Origin: Picochlorum sp. SENEW3
Taxonomy: Eukaryota
Direction: 5' to 3'
DNA: 64,000 nucleotides
Assembly (NCBI GenBank): GCA_034226945.1
Contig: CP120463.1
Location: forward strand, 868,001 to 932,000
Shown: piece by piece, positions 1 through 10,006 of the stretch
Numbering within the stretch: position 1 is the stretch's first letter
Layout: every line of letters begins with the position of its first letter
Notes under the pieces: model-generated
What the model saw: the letters and a program-made list of their open reading frames with translations, nothing else
Databases searched by the model: none
What the model was told of the DNA's origin: nothing
Program-made: the position numbers and the translations under genes

Positions 1-1464
1 AAGGCACTCGATGCTCTGGATAGCCCGGCTGGGAACCTAACGTTTCGATGTGTGGCAGGGGGCACGCCCAGAGGGTGCCTGAAGATGCTGGAGGATGGGA
101 GTGCGGCGTTAGCCAAGGTACCTGCTAGTGCAGCAGTGTTGGGACAGAGCTATGGGGTTGAGCCCGTGGTGGCAGAATATTTTGATGATGGATTGGGTGA
201 CAATACAGAGGGGTACTCTGTAGCTCTTGTGAATTCAGATTGGTGCTACAATCAGCATGATGGCAACCCTGGTGCAGAGGACCTCAAGGATTTGAAAGCC
301 TGTTTCTCAGGATATTCCTCCGACGGAGGTTGGTTTGCTCCCGTGGGATATCTGATGAACAAGGGAAATATGACCATTTCAAATGAGAGGGATACAATTG
401 GTGATGATGCCGAATCTGTCTTGGCGTACTTTGATAAGATTTGCGCCCCAGGGAATTATCAGATGGCTCCAAAGATCAATGGAAAAACTCTGAAAGATAT
501 GTGCAAATTGTGTGAAGATCAGGAGAATTGCAGAGTGTCGAATGAGTGGCATGGCCTGCAGGGCTCATTGATGTGTGGAACGGTTGCTGGCGATGTTGTC
601 TTCACTCGATACCCTGCTTTGGATGAAGCTAATGGTGCGGGAACCTTGCAAGCTACAAATGAAACTCCAGAAGAACCATCACCACCGGCTGATGAATACG
701 CTGTCGACTATAATCCCACTGAATACGCTAATGAAGAAGAGATCTATGAAGTGCCGCCAGGCCCTGATGATGCATATAATGCTGAGGAGGCGTATGAAGC
801 ACCACCTATAATCACCGATGAAGATGAGGATGGTGGAAAGAAGAATGATGATGAAAAGAGAGATGACGACAAGAAGGAAGAAAATGATAATAACAAGGAC
901 AGGAGACTCCTTCAAACTCCAATTTCCACTGATGCTCTGTTTGCAAGCAAGTTGCTCTTTTGTCCTCAGAAGTCTCCTTCCTGTCAGCCACTGAGCAACT
1001 ATAAAGAGTGCAATTTTGGGAGGATTCCAAGTCAGTCCTTTTTGGCAAAGAAGGGGTTTATCGACAGTGAGGAGGGCTCCCAAGTCATTGATAGACTGAT
1101 AGCGGGAGGGTCGAATCCAGAATTTATGAATAAGGCCTCAGAGTCTGGAGAATCCCCGTATTGGTTAATCAGCCCGGGCACTACTCAGTTGAAAAGGGTG
1201 GAATCATATGACTCGTACATGGACAGTGATTTCTCTGATTCCACCAGGAAATCAATCATGTATGCAAACAACATGGGGGCTGGAAGCACAGCAGAAGGGA
1301 GTTCCGGTGGCCTCAGTACTGGAGCAATTATCGGCATCGTTGTTGCATCAGTTGTTGTGGCAGCACTACTAGTAGGGTTGATCGTTTACTGGGCAAAGAA
1401 AGACAGGTCAAATCAAGGATGGAAACAGTATCAAGATGCTGTTAGAAATTTAGAAAGGCGTTAA
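1..1464 (+). CDS. Transferrin-like membrane protein (5' end probably outside the window)
   Basis: Transferrin-lobe-like motifs YSVALV, ACFSGY..GGWFAPVGYL, CAPG, CKLC, GDVVF, CNFGRIPS; acidic low-complexity insert; C-terminal TM helix GAIIGIVVASVVVAALLVGLIVYW; TGTAA just after the stop. Confidence 0.7.
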   Translation, partial: KALDALDSPAGNLTFRCVAGGTPRGCLKMLEDGSAALAKVPASAAVLGQSYGVEPVVAEYFDDGLGDNTEGYSVALVNSDWCYNQHDGNPGAEDLKDLKACFSGYSSDGGWFAPVGYLMNKGNMTISNERDTIGDDAESVLAYFDKICAPGNYQMAPKINGKTLKDMCKLCEDQENCRVSNEWHGLQGSLMCGTVAGDVVFTRYPALDEANGAGTLQATNETPEEPSPPADEYAVDYNPTEYANEEEIYEVPPGPDDAYNAEEAYEAPPIITDEDEDGGKKNDDEKRDDDKKEENDNNKDRRLLQTPISTDALFASKLLFCPQKSPSCQPLSNYKECNFGRIPSQSFLAKKGFIDSEEGSQVIDRLIAGGSNPEFMNKASESGESPYWLISPGTTQLKRVESYDSYMDSDFSDSTRKSIMYANNMGAGSTAEGSSGGLSTGAIIGIVVASVVVAALLVGLIVYWAKKDRSNQGWKQYQDAVRNLERR

Positions 1465-1494
1465 AGACATGTAATTCTATTTAATGTAAGTTCA

Positions 1495-3204
1495 TCAAAA
1501 GAAAACAAGTACAATCAAAATCGAGGCGAAAACAGAATATGCCGAGAGGGAGAACATTGGAGTTCCCAGGCTTGAGGCCTGCAGAGGAGCCGAGGGAGAG
1601 AGCGATACGCTTTCCTCAGATGGCTGTGAACCTGCTGAAGTTGCTGCATCTAAAATCTCTTGGCTCTCAGGAACAACAGCTGTGGTCAAAGTAGATGCAG
1701 TAGGAACAACTGCGGTAGTTTCTGCCACCGGAACGACAGCAGGAACAACTGGCTCTGGAACAACGGCAGGAACAACTGGCTCTGGAACTGCTGCTTGGAC
1801 GACTGGCTCTGGAATGGCTGCTGCCAGAGCGACAGCCGGATCCTCGACAGACATAGGGGCCTGAGCTATTTGAGATGCGTCAGACTTACGATTGATAGCT
1901 CCTGCAGCATTACCACCGGTCATGCACCCAAGCCATTCATTCATCTTGCTGATAGGGACTGGGTTTTGCATCCACTGAACCAACTGATGCATTGTCACGA
2001 AATATGTATCGTTTGGATGATTTTCCCGTACCCAGGAGATAAACTTCTGGACATCTTTCATATTGCCGTTCTGTTGAAGCCATGGAGAATGCACATAGAG
2101 AGGCACAGGTGCCCTGTTCCCATTGTATGCCAATTCAAAGTTGGATTTCAGTAATTCGTATGGATCACATTTGATCTTCGCAGCATCACAAGGATCCAAT
2201 GCATATGCATTTTCAGGGTACTTGTCAGTCTGAATGTTCCACACAGGTACTTCCCACAGGCCCTTGTATGACTCATCTTCAGTGCAGAAGTTTCCTGTCC
2301 ATGCGCAGTTCTGTGGAATCCCATTGTCCATAGTATACGGCCAAAGCCTGGATTTGCCGTTCGGTGATACCGTGTTTGGCTCAGGATTATTCAAAGTTTG
2401 GTCAGGCCAGTGCTCGTTGATTGTTGAATCATACAGGAAACCACCCTTCTCGAGAGCTTGTCTGTGTTTTGGGTTATTGACGAGAAATGGAGACCTGTGA
2501 CCAACGACATCCTCAGCTGGAATTCCACATTCATTGATTAACCAATTTCTTAGGCCGACAATTTCTTCCTCGGTAAATTTGTATTTCATATCCATGGGTT
2601 CGTGACTGATGGTATGCCCAGCAATTTCATCGCCAGCATTCCAGGCTTCTTGAATCTTTTCACAAGTAGAGTATGCCTGCATGGTGAAGTATGTCACTGG
2701 AATCTTGCATCCATTAGGGTTGGTATTCTTTCCAATAGCTTGATTCATTAAACTTGTCGAGAGATCGCCAGTCGAATCATCATGAGTGAAGAGGATAAAT
2801 TGAGGAGTCTGTTCAACTGGTAAAGGAGAACTTTGCGTTGGACAGTGGCATTCCGGAGCTTTGCAGACATTGGGATCACAAGAATATGCTGCACATATAT
2901 AGGATCAAATTAGTCGCAACCTCGTTTGCGTCCCACACACGTTGTCTGTCTCAAACGCGGTGTGCCCCCGACCACCACAAGAAATAATCGCCCATATACC
3001 CAAAAGTGCTGAAAGGCTCTGCCTTTTGTTCTCCAAAGATAATAGGAGATGCCAAGGAATGCTCAAAACAGTTGTTGGTGCTCCAAGTCGGAAGCGCCGC
3101 TCCAGCAAACAGCTAGATCTTCCTAGTCAGCACGTACCTGCTTTTGCCGGCAAAGCGTTGAAGATGCACAATACTGTGCATGAAAGTAATATATACCCTT
3201 TCAT
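1495..3204 (-). CDS. Secreted or membrane-anchored polysaccharide (chitin-type, CE4) deacetylase
   Basis: Exon 1 (3204-3138) encodes signal peptide MKGYILLSCTVLCIFNALPAKA; GT-AG intron 3137-2889; exon 2 has CDPNVC..PECHC, LFTHDD, EIAGHTISH, GHRSPFL, GFLYDST, NRAP; Pro/Ala/Val linker and hydrophobic C-terminus. Confidence 0.8.
1730..1814 (-). repeat. 27-bp coding tandem repeat (PEPVVPAVV, about 3 copies)
   Basis: ggaacaactggctctggaac recurs with a 27-nt period; translates to PEPVVQAAVPEPVVPAVVPEPVVPAVV. Confidence 0.8.
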
Positions 3205-3549
3205 TTTAATTTAATGCCTCTATCGTATGCGGAATGGTCCAAATGCTGTCAGTTAGCTCGGGAAGGCCCCAACACTCTCGCCGGTGTAGCGTAGGCTCTT
3301 TTTTCCACGAACGGGCCCACGCAATTTAATTCACAAGACAATCGCTTTTGAATTTAGAGAAGGGCATTTCAAGGGGAACTATGGGTACATATCTCAGCAA
3401 GTGCCAATGCAGAAACTGCCGCGTGCTGATCTCAGCATGCTGAAGCCCCCGCGGGATGTCCCGAGCGCAACCGCTGTCCCGAGCGTCCGAGTCCGACTTG
3501 AGCCATCAACACGGGATCTGGGTAATGTTACATTCATTGCGTGGAATAA

Positions 3550-6243
3550 TCATTCAAGTACATTCTTCATGAAGACACCGACTTTGTCTCCCACGCTTTG
3601 CTTGATTTCAAACTCAGTTTCTGCATACTCTTCGTCATTCTCTAACGTCTGATCAGCATCCTGAGACCTACCTCTACCACAAGGGAAACATCCAGAAGAA
3701 TCCGCATCTCCATCACCAGCTGGTGTCTTCTTTTTCACTCGTGGGACCTCTGCCAATTCAATTGGCTGGACGTCGAGATTTTGATCGGACAGGCACTTGC
3801 CATCCAAAGACTGGACTAGTATAGTTCTTTCCAAGTCCATCGCCTTTGCAAGCTTCTCAACTCCTTGTGATGCACCAGATAGAGACAGGCTTGGTACAAA
3901 TTGGGCTTTCAAAAATTGGCCCACTCGCCGACCATACACCGCCAGCATATGGTCGGAAACCTTTCCTCCCACTGACCCAAAAAGACTTGCCTCAAAGTGT
4001 GTGGGATGGATATCCACATTTCCTAGTGACCCAAGAATAACTCTTTGCCCAGACCTTTTATACGATCCTTTAGGAATTCTGGCTACTGGATCATTCGTAC
4101 CAACAATGTGCCAGTTGTCAGGAATCAATGCATTGCAATATGTTCCAAAGGCTACATTGCCTACCCTCGGGGCACCAAAGGTGTACACCTCCACATGCTG
4201 GGATGGCAGCGCAATTTTGACCTCGACAGAAGCCAAACCAGCTAGAGCCCCTCCTAGGGAGTGGCCTGTGACATAAATCTTTATTTTCGAGGGCTCCGAA
4301 CCATTCTCAATCATATTGTTGACTCTCTCGACGACAGAATCAACCACCCTTGTATTGAACCCTTCCGCAGTCCATGCCTGATAAAATCCCTTATGCACTC
4401 TCACAGGGGCCTTGAACACTTTTGAAGATAACGCATTCTCAGATCCTCCCAACGTATCTGAGGACGTCAAGTACGGGTGGGGTTCATACCGGACACTCCA
4501 AGCCTTCAAATCAGTCATTATGTTTGCATTTGACGCTGTGCCTCTGAAGGAAATCACAACAGTGTCGTTTCCAGATCCCATGATGGCATATGTATCAGTT
4601 TTCTCCTCATAAAAGTATTCGAATTGTTCCATACCGAACGTTTGCAGACATGCGTCGATTGTGTAGGGGTATTTATCTCGACTTACCTCTGTGACATAGT
4701 CAGGGAGTCCCTTCTCCATTCCCCTGTATGCTGCCCGCGACCAGAGGAACAGTTTGCACATGTACTCCACACAGAATATGGACTCCATCGGCTTTTCAAA
4801 AAGTGCAAATGTATCCGGAACACCAATTTGCTTCGCAAGAAACTTGGCGGGCGAGGCTGTGAGATTCAATAGACTTTGATGCTTGTGCATCAGTTCAATC
4901 TTTTCAAGACGCTCCCTCTTCTTCTCCTCAATGTCATCTTCTGTCCACGCAATGCTTTTGAAAATCATATGACTATAGGTATCATTTGCCCTTGCAGGTG
5001 CAAAGAGAAGCAGTACAGTGCAAGCATACACAGCGAGGGCCAGATGAGATGATGGAGATCCAAGAACTCCCTGCACAACACCCCGACACGTCCCCAGCGT
5101 CGCCAGGTTCGTGATCACATCACCAAAGAAGATTGCCACGAACAGTAATCTTCCATATCGCATTTGTATTCTCAAAAAGATTTTCGACAGCCTGAAATGT
5201 GAATTGGGCAGATCCCTCTGGGTTCTCCATGATTTTCTCACCCCTATAGTGTAACAGACCAGAAAGAAGATGACGGCCACGCTACTGATGACATATCCGA
5301 TGATATCCGGTGTCGTTGTTTTGCACGAAAACTTTCCATTTTGCTCAAAAAGCTCAGGCGGGCAGGTTGAAGGATCAAGTGGCGGCACAAATGTCTTTCC
5401 TGCTGCAGTTTCCAGAACTGCCGCAACAACCAATACTGCAATCACGATGCCGTACACCGTAAGGAACACCGCCTGTTCTCTCAGTATTACTTTAATTGGC
5501 TGATCAACGAGCAAAATTCGATCAGGATCATCCGGCGCCTCGTCAGCCATTGAATCTTTTTCCTTGTGGTTCTTCTCAGAACCAAACCCAATACGCGACC
5601 GATGCTTCCTGTACACTTGCATCAGACGAGCTGCAATGGTCATCCATACCAGCACACCAAGGTCTCCAATAGATCGAAACAACCCCAAGATACTCAGCAC
5701 AGTCGCATTCGGTATGCATGTTGAGTCTAGGTAATATGCATAGGCCGTTGTCACCATGGCAAGATCCACCAACGTCAACGTGCCAATAATCCTTGCATCC
5801 CACACCAAGAACCTCTGCCTTGTCTTGTAAGATTTCTTATGGCGCCACACATTCGCCATGCGATAGGAGAAGAACACCACCATGTACAACAAGATCCCCA
5901 GGAGGACTCCCAGCACAATTGTATTCCCCAAGTAGTAATTTGTATTGGTCGAAGTATCCCCCGAGGTGTCATCCAGCGGCGACACTGTGGCCGATATAAC
6001 AATAATGGCAATCCCATACACAACGAACAAGGTCATGAGGAGGAAGAAGAGCACTTCAAGCACCTTTGCTTCAATGTTCCCAGTCTGCTCCACCCGCAAC
6101 ACTGCCATGTTGCCCAGGTCTTCCTCTTGTTCCGCAGTCAACCGAACTCCATTAAACTTGCTTTTCACTTGAGAAAGCTCCTTTTTATCGCTATATTCTC
6201 CCCTCGGGACCCCACTCTCCTCCTCTTGGGTCGTCGTGGGCAT
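3550..6243 (-). CDS. Multi-pass membrane class-3 lipase
   Basis: 897-aa ORF with several N-terminal TM segments and lipase-3 motifs ISFRGT, VHKGF, YVTGHSLGGALA, YTFGAPRVGN, DPVARIP, DH. Confidence 0.85.
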   Translation of the reverse strand: MPTTTQEEESGVPRGEYSDKKELSQVKSKFNGVRLTAEQEEDLGNMAVLRVEQTGNIEAKVLEVLFFLLMTLFVVYGIAIIVISATVSPLDDTSGDTSTNTNYYLGNTIVLGVLLGILLYMVVFFSYRMANVWRHKKSYKTRQRFLVWDARIIGTLTLVDLAMVTTAYAYYLDSTCIPNATVLSILGLFRSIGDLGVLVWMTIAARLMQVYRKHRSRIGFGSEKNHKEKDSMADEAPDDPDRILLVDQPIKVILREQAVFLTVYGIVIAVLVVAAVLETAAGKTFVPPLDPSTCPPELFEQNGKFSCKTTTPDIIGYVISSVAVIFFLVCYTIGVRKSWRTQRDLPNSHFRLSKIFLRIQMRYGRLLFVAIFFGDVITNLATLGTCRGVVQGVLGSPSSHLALAVYACTVLLLFAPARANDTYSHMIFKSIAWTEDDIEEKKRERLEKIELMHKHQSLLNLTASPAKFLAKQIGVPDTFALFEKPMESIFCVEYMCKLFLWSRAAYRGMEKGLPDYVTEVSRDKYPYTIDACLQTFGMEQFEYFYEEKTDTYAIMGSGNDTVVISFRGTASNANIMTDLKAWSVRYEPHPYLTSSDTLGGSENALSSKVFKAPVRVHKGFYQAWTAEGFNTRVVDSVVERVNNMIENGSEPSKIKIYVTGHSLGGALAGLASVEVKIALPSQHVEVYTFGAPRVGNVAFGTYCNALIPDNWHIVGTNDPVARIPKGSYKRSGQRVILGSLGNVDIHPTHFEASLFGSVGGKVSDHMLAVYGRRVGQFLKAQFVPSLSLSGASQGVEKLAKAMDLERTILVQSLDGKCLSDQNLDVQPIELAEVPRVKKKTPAGDGDADSSGCFPCGRGRSQDADQTLENDEEYAETEFEIKQSVGDKVGVFMKNVLE

Positions 6244-6597
6244 GTGGAGTAGCGTAATCCTTTAGGTGGGTAGACGCCCCGTTCTTATAGACAGTCCGAT
6301 GCTTGTAACATTTATTCGATGCAACATAATTTGCATTACAGGGGATCTGCGGCGTTGAGCATCGTTCATGGACTCCACAGACTGACATGTGAACTGTACT
6401 GTTCTCTCACTTCCCTTGGATCGAGGGTCGCGATCGGACCCACTGATTCATCAACGATAATCAGAATGGCCGGTCAACCGAGACTGTACAAGGCTGTCTG
6501 TTATGCATAACGGATTTGTAACGGAATGTAGTATTTTGGGCTTGATTCGTGCATCTACGCACAGAATAATAGATAAGAGATACGAAGAAGAACCAGG

Positions 6598-7461
6598 ATG
6601 ACTGTACTGTCAGAGTATGAGCAAGCTCGTCAGGTGCGAAGCCTCATCGTTCTCGTGGCACGATTCAACAACAATCATTCCTTTGGGTTGGCCTAGTCCC
6701 CGATCATCGTTTTATATGCTTTGCAGAGGAGAATAGAGGAAAACAAGGCTAGGATGGGTAGTTTGGGTCTGGTAGAGGCTGTACAAGACACGCTGAAAAG
6801 TGCCCAGCCAACCAAGAAGAGGAGGCAAAACAGGCTGAGTTCGACAAAAAGCAAGCAGGACAAGGGCGAGCCGGTGAGGAGGCGTTCCAAGCGAGTTGCA
6901 GGAGAGTCGGCGCCAGAATTGTACGAGCCAGGTGTTCAGGTTAGACCGGTGGAGGAGGTGGAGGAGTATGGTATTGAGCATGTGAGGGCTCTGGGGCGGT
7001 CCACAGGACCATGGGAGCTCTTTGTGGATGGGTACGACGCGCACGGAAATAGAGTCTACGACAAAGCTGCAGGAATGACGTGCCATCAGTGCAGACAGAA
7101 GACACTGGGGAAGAGGACATCGTGCAGTAGTTGTGCATCCCTTCAGGGGGTTTTCTGTGGAGACTGTCTGTACATGAGATATGGAGAAAACATTGATGAA
7201 CTGCCCAAAGAGGGGTGGGTATGTCCCCCGTGTAGAGACTTGTGCAACTGCTCTTTTCATAGATCTCGCCGAGGATGGTGCCCAACTGGCTCGCTGTATC
7301 GAAAGGCGCAAGCTGAGGGATACCCTAGTGTGGCCCACTACCTGGTGTTGCAGAATTTGAAGGATTGTGAAGAGACACGAACATGTGCTAGGGAGATGTG
7401 GGGAAGTCTGGTCAACAGTAGTGATACGAGTACAACAACTGAAATGCGAAATGCGGTGTAA
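6598..7461 (+). CDS. zf-4CXXC_R1 zinc-finger protein (CDCA7-like)
   Basis: Exon 1 6598-6633 (MTVLSEYEQARQ), intron 6634-6726, exon 2 RRIEENKARM...TCHQCRQKT...CSSC...FCGDCLYMRYGE...WVCPPCRDLCNCSFHR. Confidence 0.85.
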
Positions 7462-7644
7462 ATATGTGCTGATGCGATAGTTGACCAGAGATGTGTGCCC
7501 TGGATCTCCTGCCACATCTTGACAACATGCGATTTGTCCCAGATCAAAAAAAAAAAAAAAATCATTGTAACAATGTAACAACTCTCCTTAAAAAAAATTG
7601 CTATGAAGAGCATCATACTTTGCTGAGAAACTCTTTTCTCGCAA

Positions 7645-8408
7645 ATGAGATGCCCAGTGTGCAGGACACAGACAGTGATGGTTCCTCAATGCAGGCACCA
7701 GAGGACTCAGCCATGTCTTGGCTGATGGATGAGGACGAGGATGGAGAAGACACAGCCTCGATTGGCGAGGCCAGCAGCAGCCAGCCACAGATCCCGTTGT
7801 GGCAACGTGTAGGCAGATTTTTACATCGAGTGCTCGGCAAGCACTTTCAGAACATTCGTGATAAGGTGACCCAGCGCAGAGGGTCACCCCCGGTCCGTCC
7901 CAGAGCCAATGCACCGTTTAGTGTAAGGCAGTTCTTTGCTGAAAGGACCACCGCCCCCAGGCTCGGGGCTGTTCACTCCCATGTCGCCGAGGCGGCAGAA
8001 CAGCTCGGAGACAGCGGGGTCTGGTCTGGACGGCCCAGAACAACCAGTCGACGCCAAGGGGTTGGGTGATCCCATCCCGAGGTGTGGGAGTGAGTTTTTA
8101 GTGAGTGCAATCCTCACATGCCTGGAATGGTATCTGGACACCCAGCTGGCGGCCACTGCTCTGTCTCCTGACAGGCACGGGCCACCAGGAAGGAACCACT
8201 TGCAACGTGGGCGCTTCTCATTGACACCCCAAGCTTCCTCAGTCGCACAGGCAGCCGGGTTCCCTCACGAGGAGGCCGCCCACGCAAGCAGCAACTTTGT
8301 GTCGGCCCAGATTTTCTCACTCTCTTGCTTCTTCAGCACACCAAGGGGCGGTCGGATCCGCTGTTCCAGGGCCTTGGCGTGCAGAAAACACGGCTCAAAA
8401 AAAAAAAA
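7645..8408 (+). mobile_element. Non-LTR retrotransposon copy 1, 5'-truncated (752 bp plus poly(A))
   Basis: Near-identical to 12248-12999; ends ...acacggctc followed by poly(A). Confidence 0.95.
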
Positions 8409-8424
8409 TAAAAAAAATCTTTTC

Positions 8425-9473
8425 TCACCAAGTTCTTCGACGACCACCAGCTGCAACGTCGAAGTGACACTGTGTGGACAGCGTGCCTTGGAGGTCTCTC
8501 CACCACTGACGCTGAAATTCTTCAGAAATTTCAGCAAATGTGGGTGGGCACGCCGTTCCCACAGCCAGCCAGGGGGACAGCCCCCCACGTGGAAGGGACT
8601 CCCTCCCAGCCAGCCAGGGAGTCCCACAGGTATGACTTACGATCTACGTCTTCTACTGACCATACTAACAATTTATCTACTCACGTGCGAGGGACGAGCC
8701 CTCCAGATGAGATGCCCAGTGTGCAGGACACAGACAGTGATGGTTCCTCAATGCAGGCACCAGAGGACTCAGCCATGTCTTGGCTGATGGATGAGGACGA
8801 GGATGGAGAAGACACAGCCTCGATTGGCGAGGCCAGCAGCAGCCAGCCACAGATCCCGTTGTGGCAACGTGTAGGCAGATTTTTACATCGAGTGCTCGGC
8901 AAGCACTTTCAGAACATTCGTGATAAGGTGACCCAGCGCAGAGGGTCACCCCCGGTCCGTCCCAGAGCCAATGCACCGTTTAGTGTAAGGCAGTTCTTTG
9001 CTGAAAGGACCACCGCCCCCAGGCTCGGGGCTGTTCACTCCCATGTCGCCGAGGCGGCAGAACAGCTCGGAGACAGCGGGGTCTGGTCTGGACGGCCCAG
9101 AACAACCAGTCGACGCCAAGGGGTTGGGTGATCCCATCCCGAGGTGTGGGAGTGAGTTTTTAGTGAGTGCAATCCTCACATGCCTGGAATGGTATCTGGA
9201 CACCCAGCTGGCGGCCACTGCTCTGTCTCCTGACAGACACGGGCCACCAGGAAGGAACCACTTGCATCGTGGGCGCTTCTCATTGACACCCCAAGCTTCC
9301 TCAGTCGCACAGGCAGCCGGGTTCCCTCACGAGGAGGCCGCCCACGCAAGCAGCAACTTTGTGTCGGCCCAGATTTTCTCACTCTCTTGCTTCTTCAGCA
9401 CACCAAGGGGCGGTCGGATCCGCTGTTCCAGGGCCTTGGCGTGCAGAAAACACGGCTCAAAAAAAAAAAAAAA
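8425..9473 (+). mobile_element. Non-LTR retrotransposon copy 2, 5'-truncated (1034 bp plus poly(A))
   Basis: Near-identical to 11966-12999; same 3' end and poly(A). Confidence 0.95.
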
Positions 9474-9479
9474 CAACGG

Positions 9480-10002
9480 ACCCCCGGTCCGTCCCAGAGC
9501 CAATGCACCGTTTAGTGTAAGGCAGTTCTTTGCTGAAAGGACCACCGCCCCCAGGCTCGGGGCTGTTCACTCCCATGTCGCCGAGGCGGCAGAACAGCTC
9601 GGAGACAGCGGGGTCTGGTCTGGAAGGCCCAGAACAACCAGTCGACGCCAAGGGGTTGGGTGATCCCATCCCGAGGTGTGGGAGTGAGTTTTTAGTGAGT
9701 GCAATCCTCACATGCCTGGAATGGTATCTGGACACCCAGCTGGCGGCCACTGCTCTGTCTCCTGACAGGCACGGGCCACCAGGAAGGAACCACTTGCAAC
9801 GTGGGCGCTTCTCATTGACACCCCAAGCTTCCTCAGTCGCACAGGCAGCCGGGTTCCCTCACGAGGAGGCCGCCCACGCAAGCAGCAACTTTGTGTCGGC
9901 CCAGATTTTCTCACTCTCTTGCTTCTTCAGCACACCAAGGGGCGGTCGGATCCGCTGTTCCAGGGCCTTGGCGTGCAGAAAACACGGCTCAAAAAAAAAA
10001 AA
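9480..10002 (+). mobile_element. Non-LTR retrotransposon copy 3, 5'-truncated (511 bp plus poly(A))
   Basis: Near-identical to 12489-12999; same 3' end and poly(A). Confidence 0.95.
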
Positions 10003-10006
10003 CAAA

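Noticed and set aside
2889..3137. 249-nt first intron of the deacetylase as a possible ncRNA host
   Set aside because: No tRNA halves, snoRNA boxes or strong stems were recognised.
3380..3520. GC-rich intergenic stretch with a TGTCCCGAGCG direct repeat
   Set aside because: Only two short copies and no match to snRNA, SRP or tRNA motifs I can recognise.
6598..7461. CDCA7-like methylation-associated gene next to the LINE array
   Set aside because: Adjacency is better explained by insertion next to the tRNA gene; no sign of capture or linkage.
9919..10006. Listed 917-aa RT ORF starting at 9919
   Set aside because: The N-terminal ~30 codons are the 3' UTR and poly(A) of copy 3, in frame by chance; copy 4 is 5'-truncated and lacks its endonuclease and real start.
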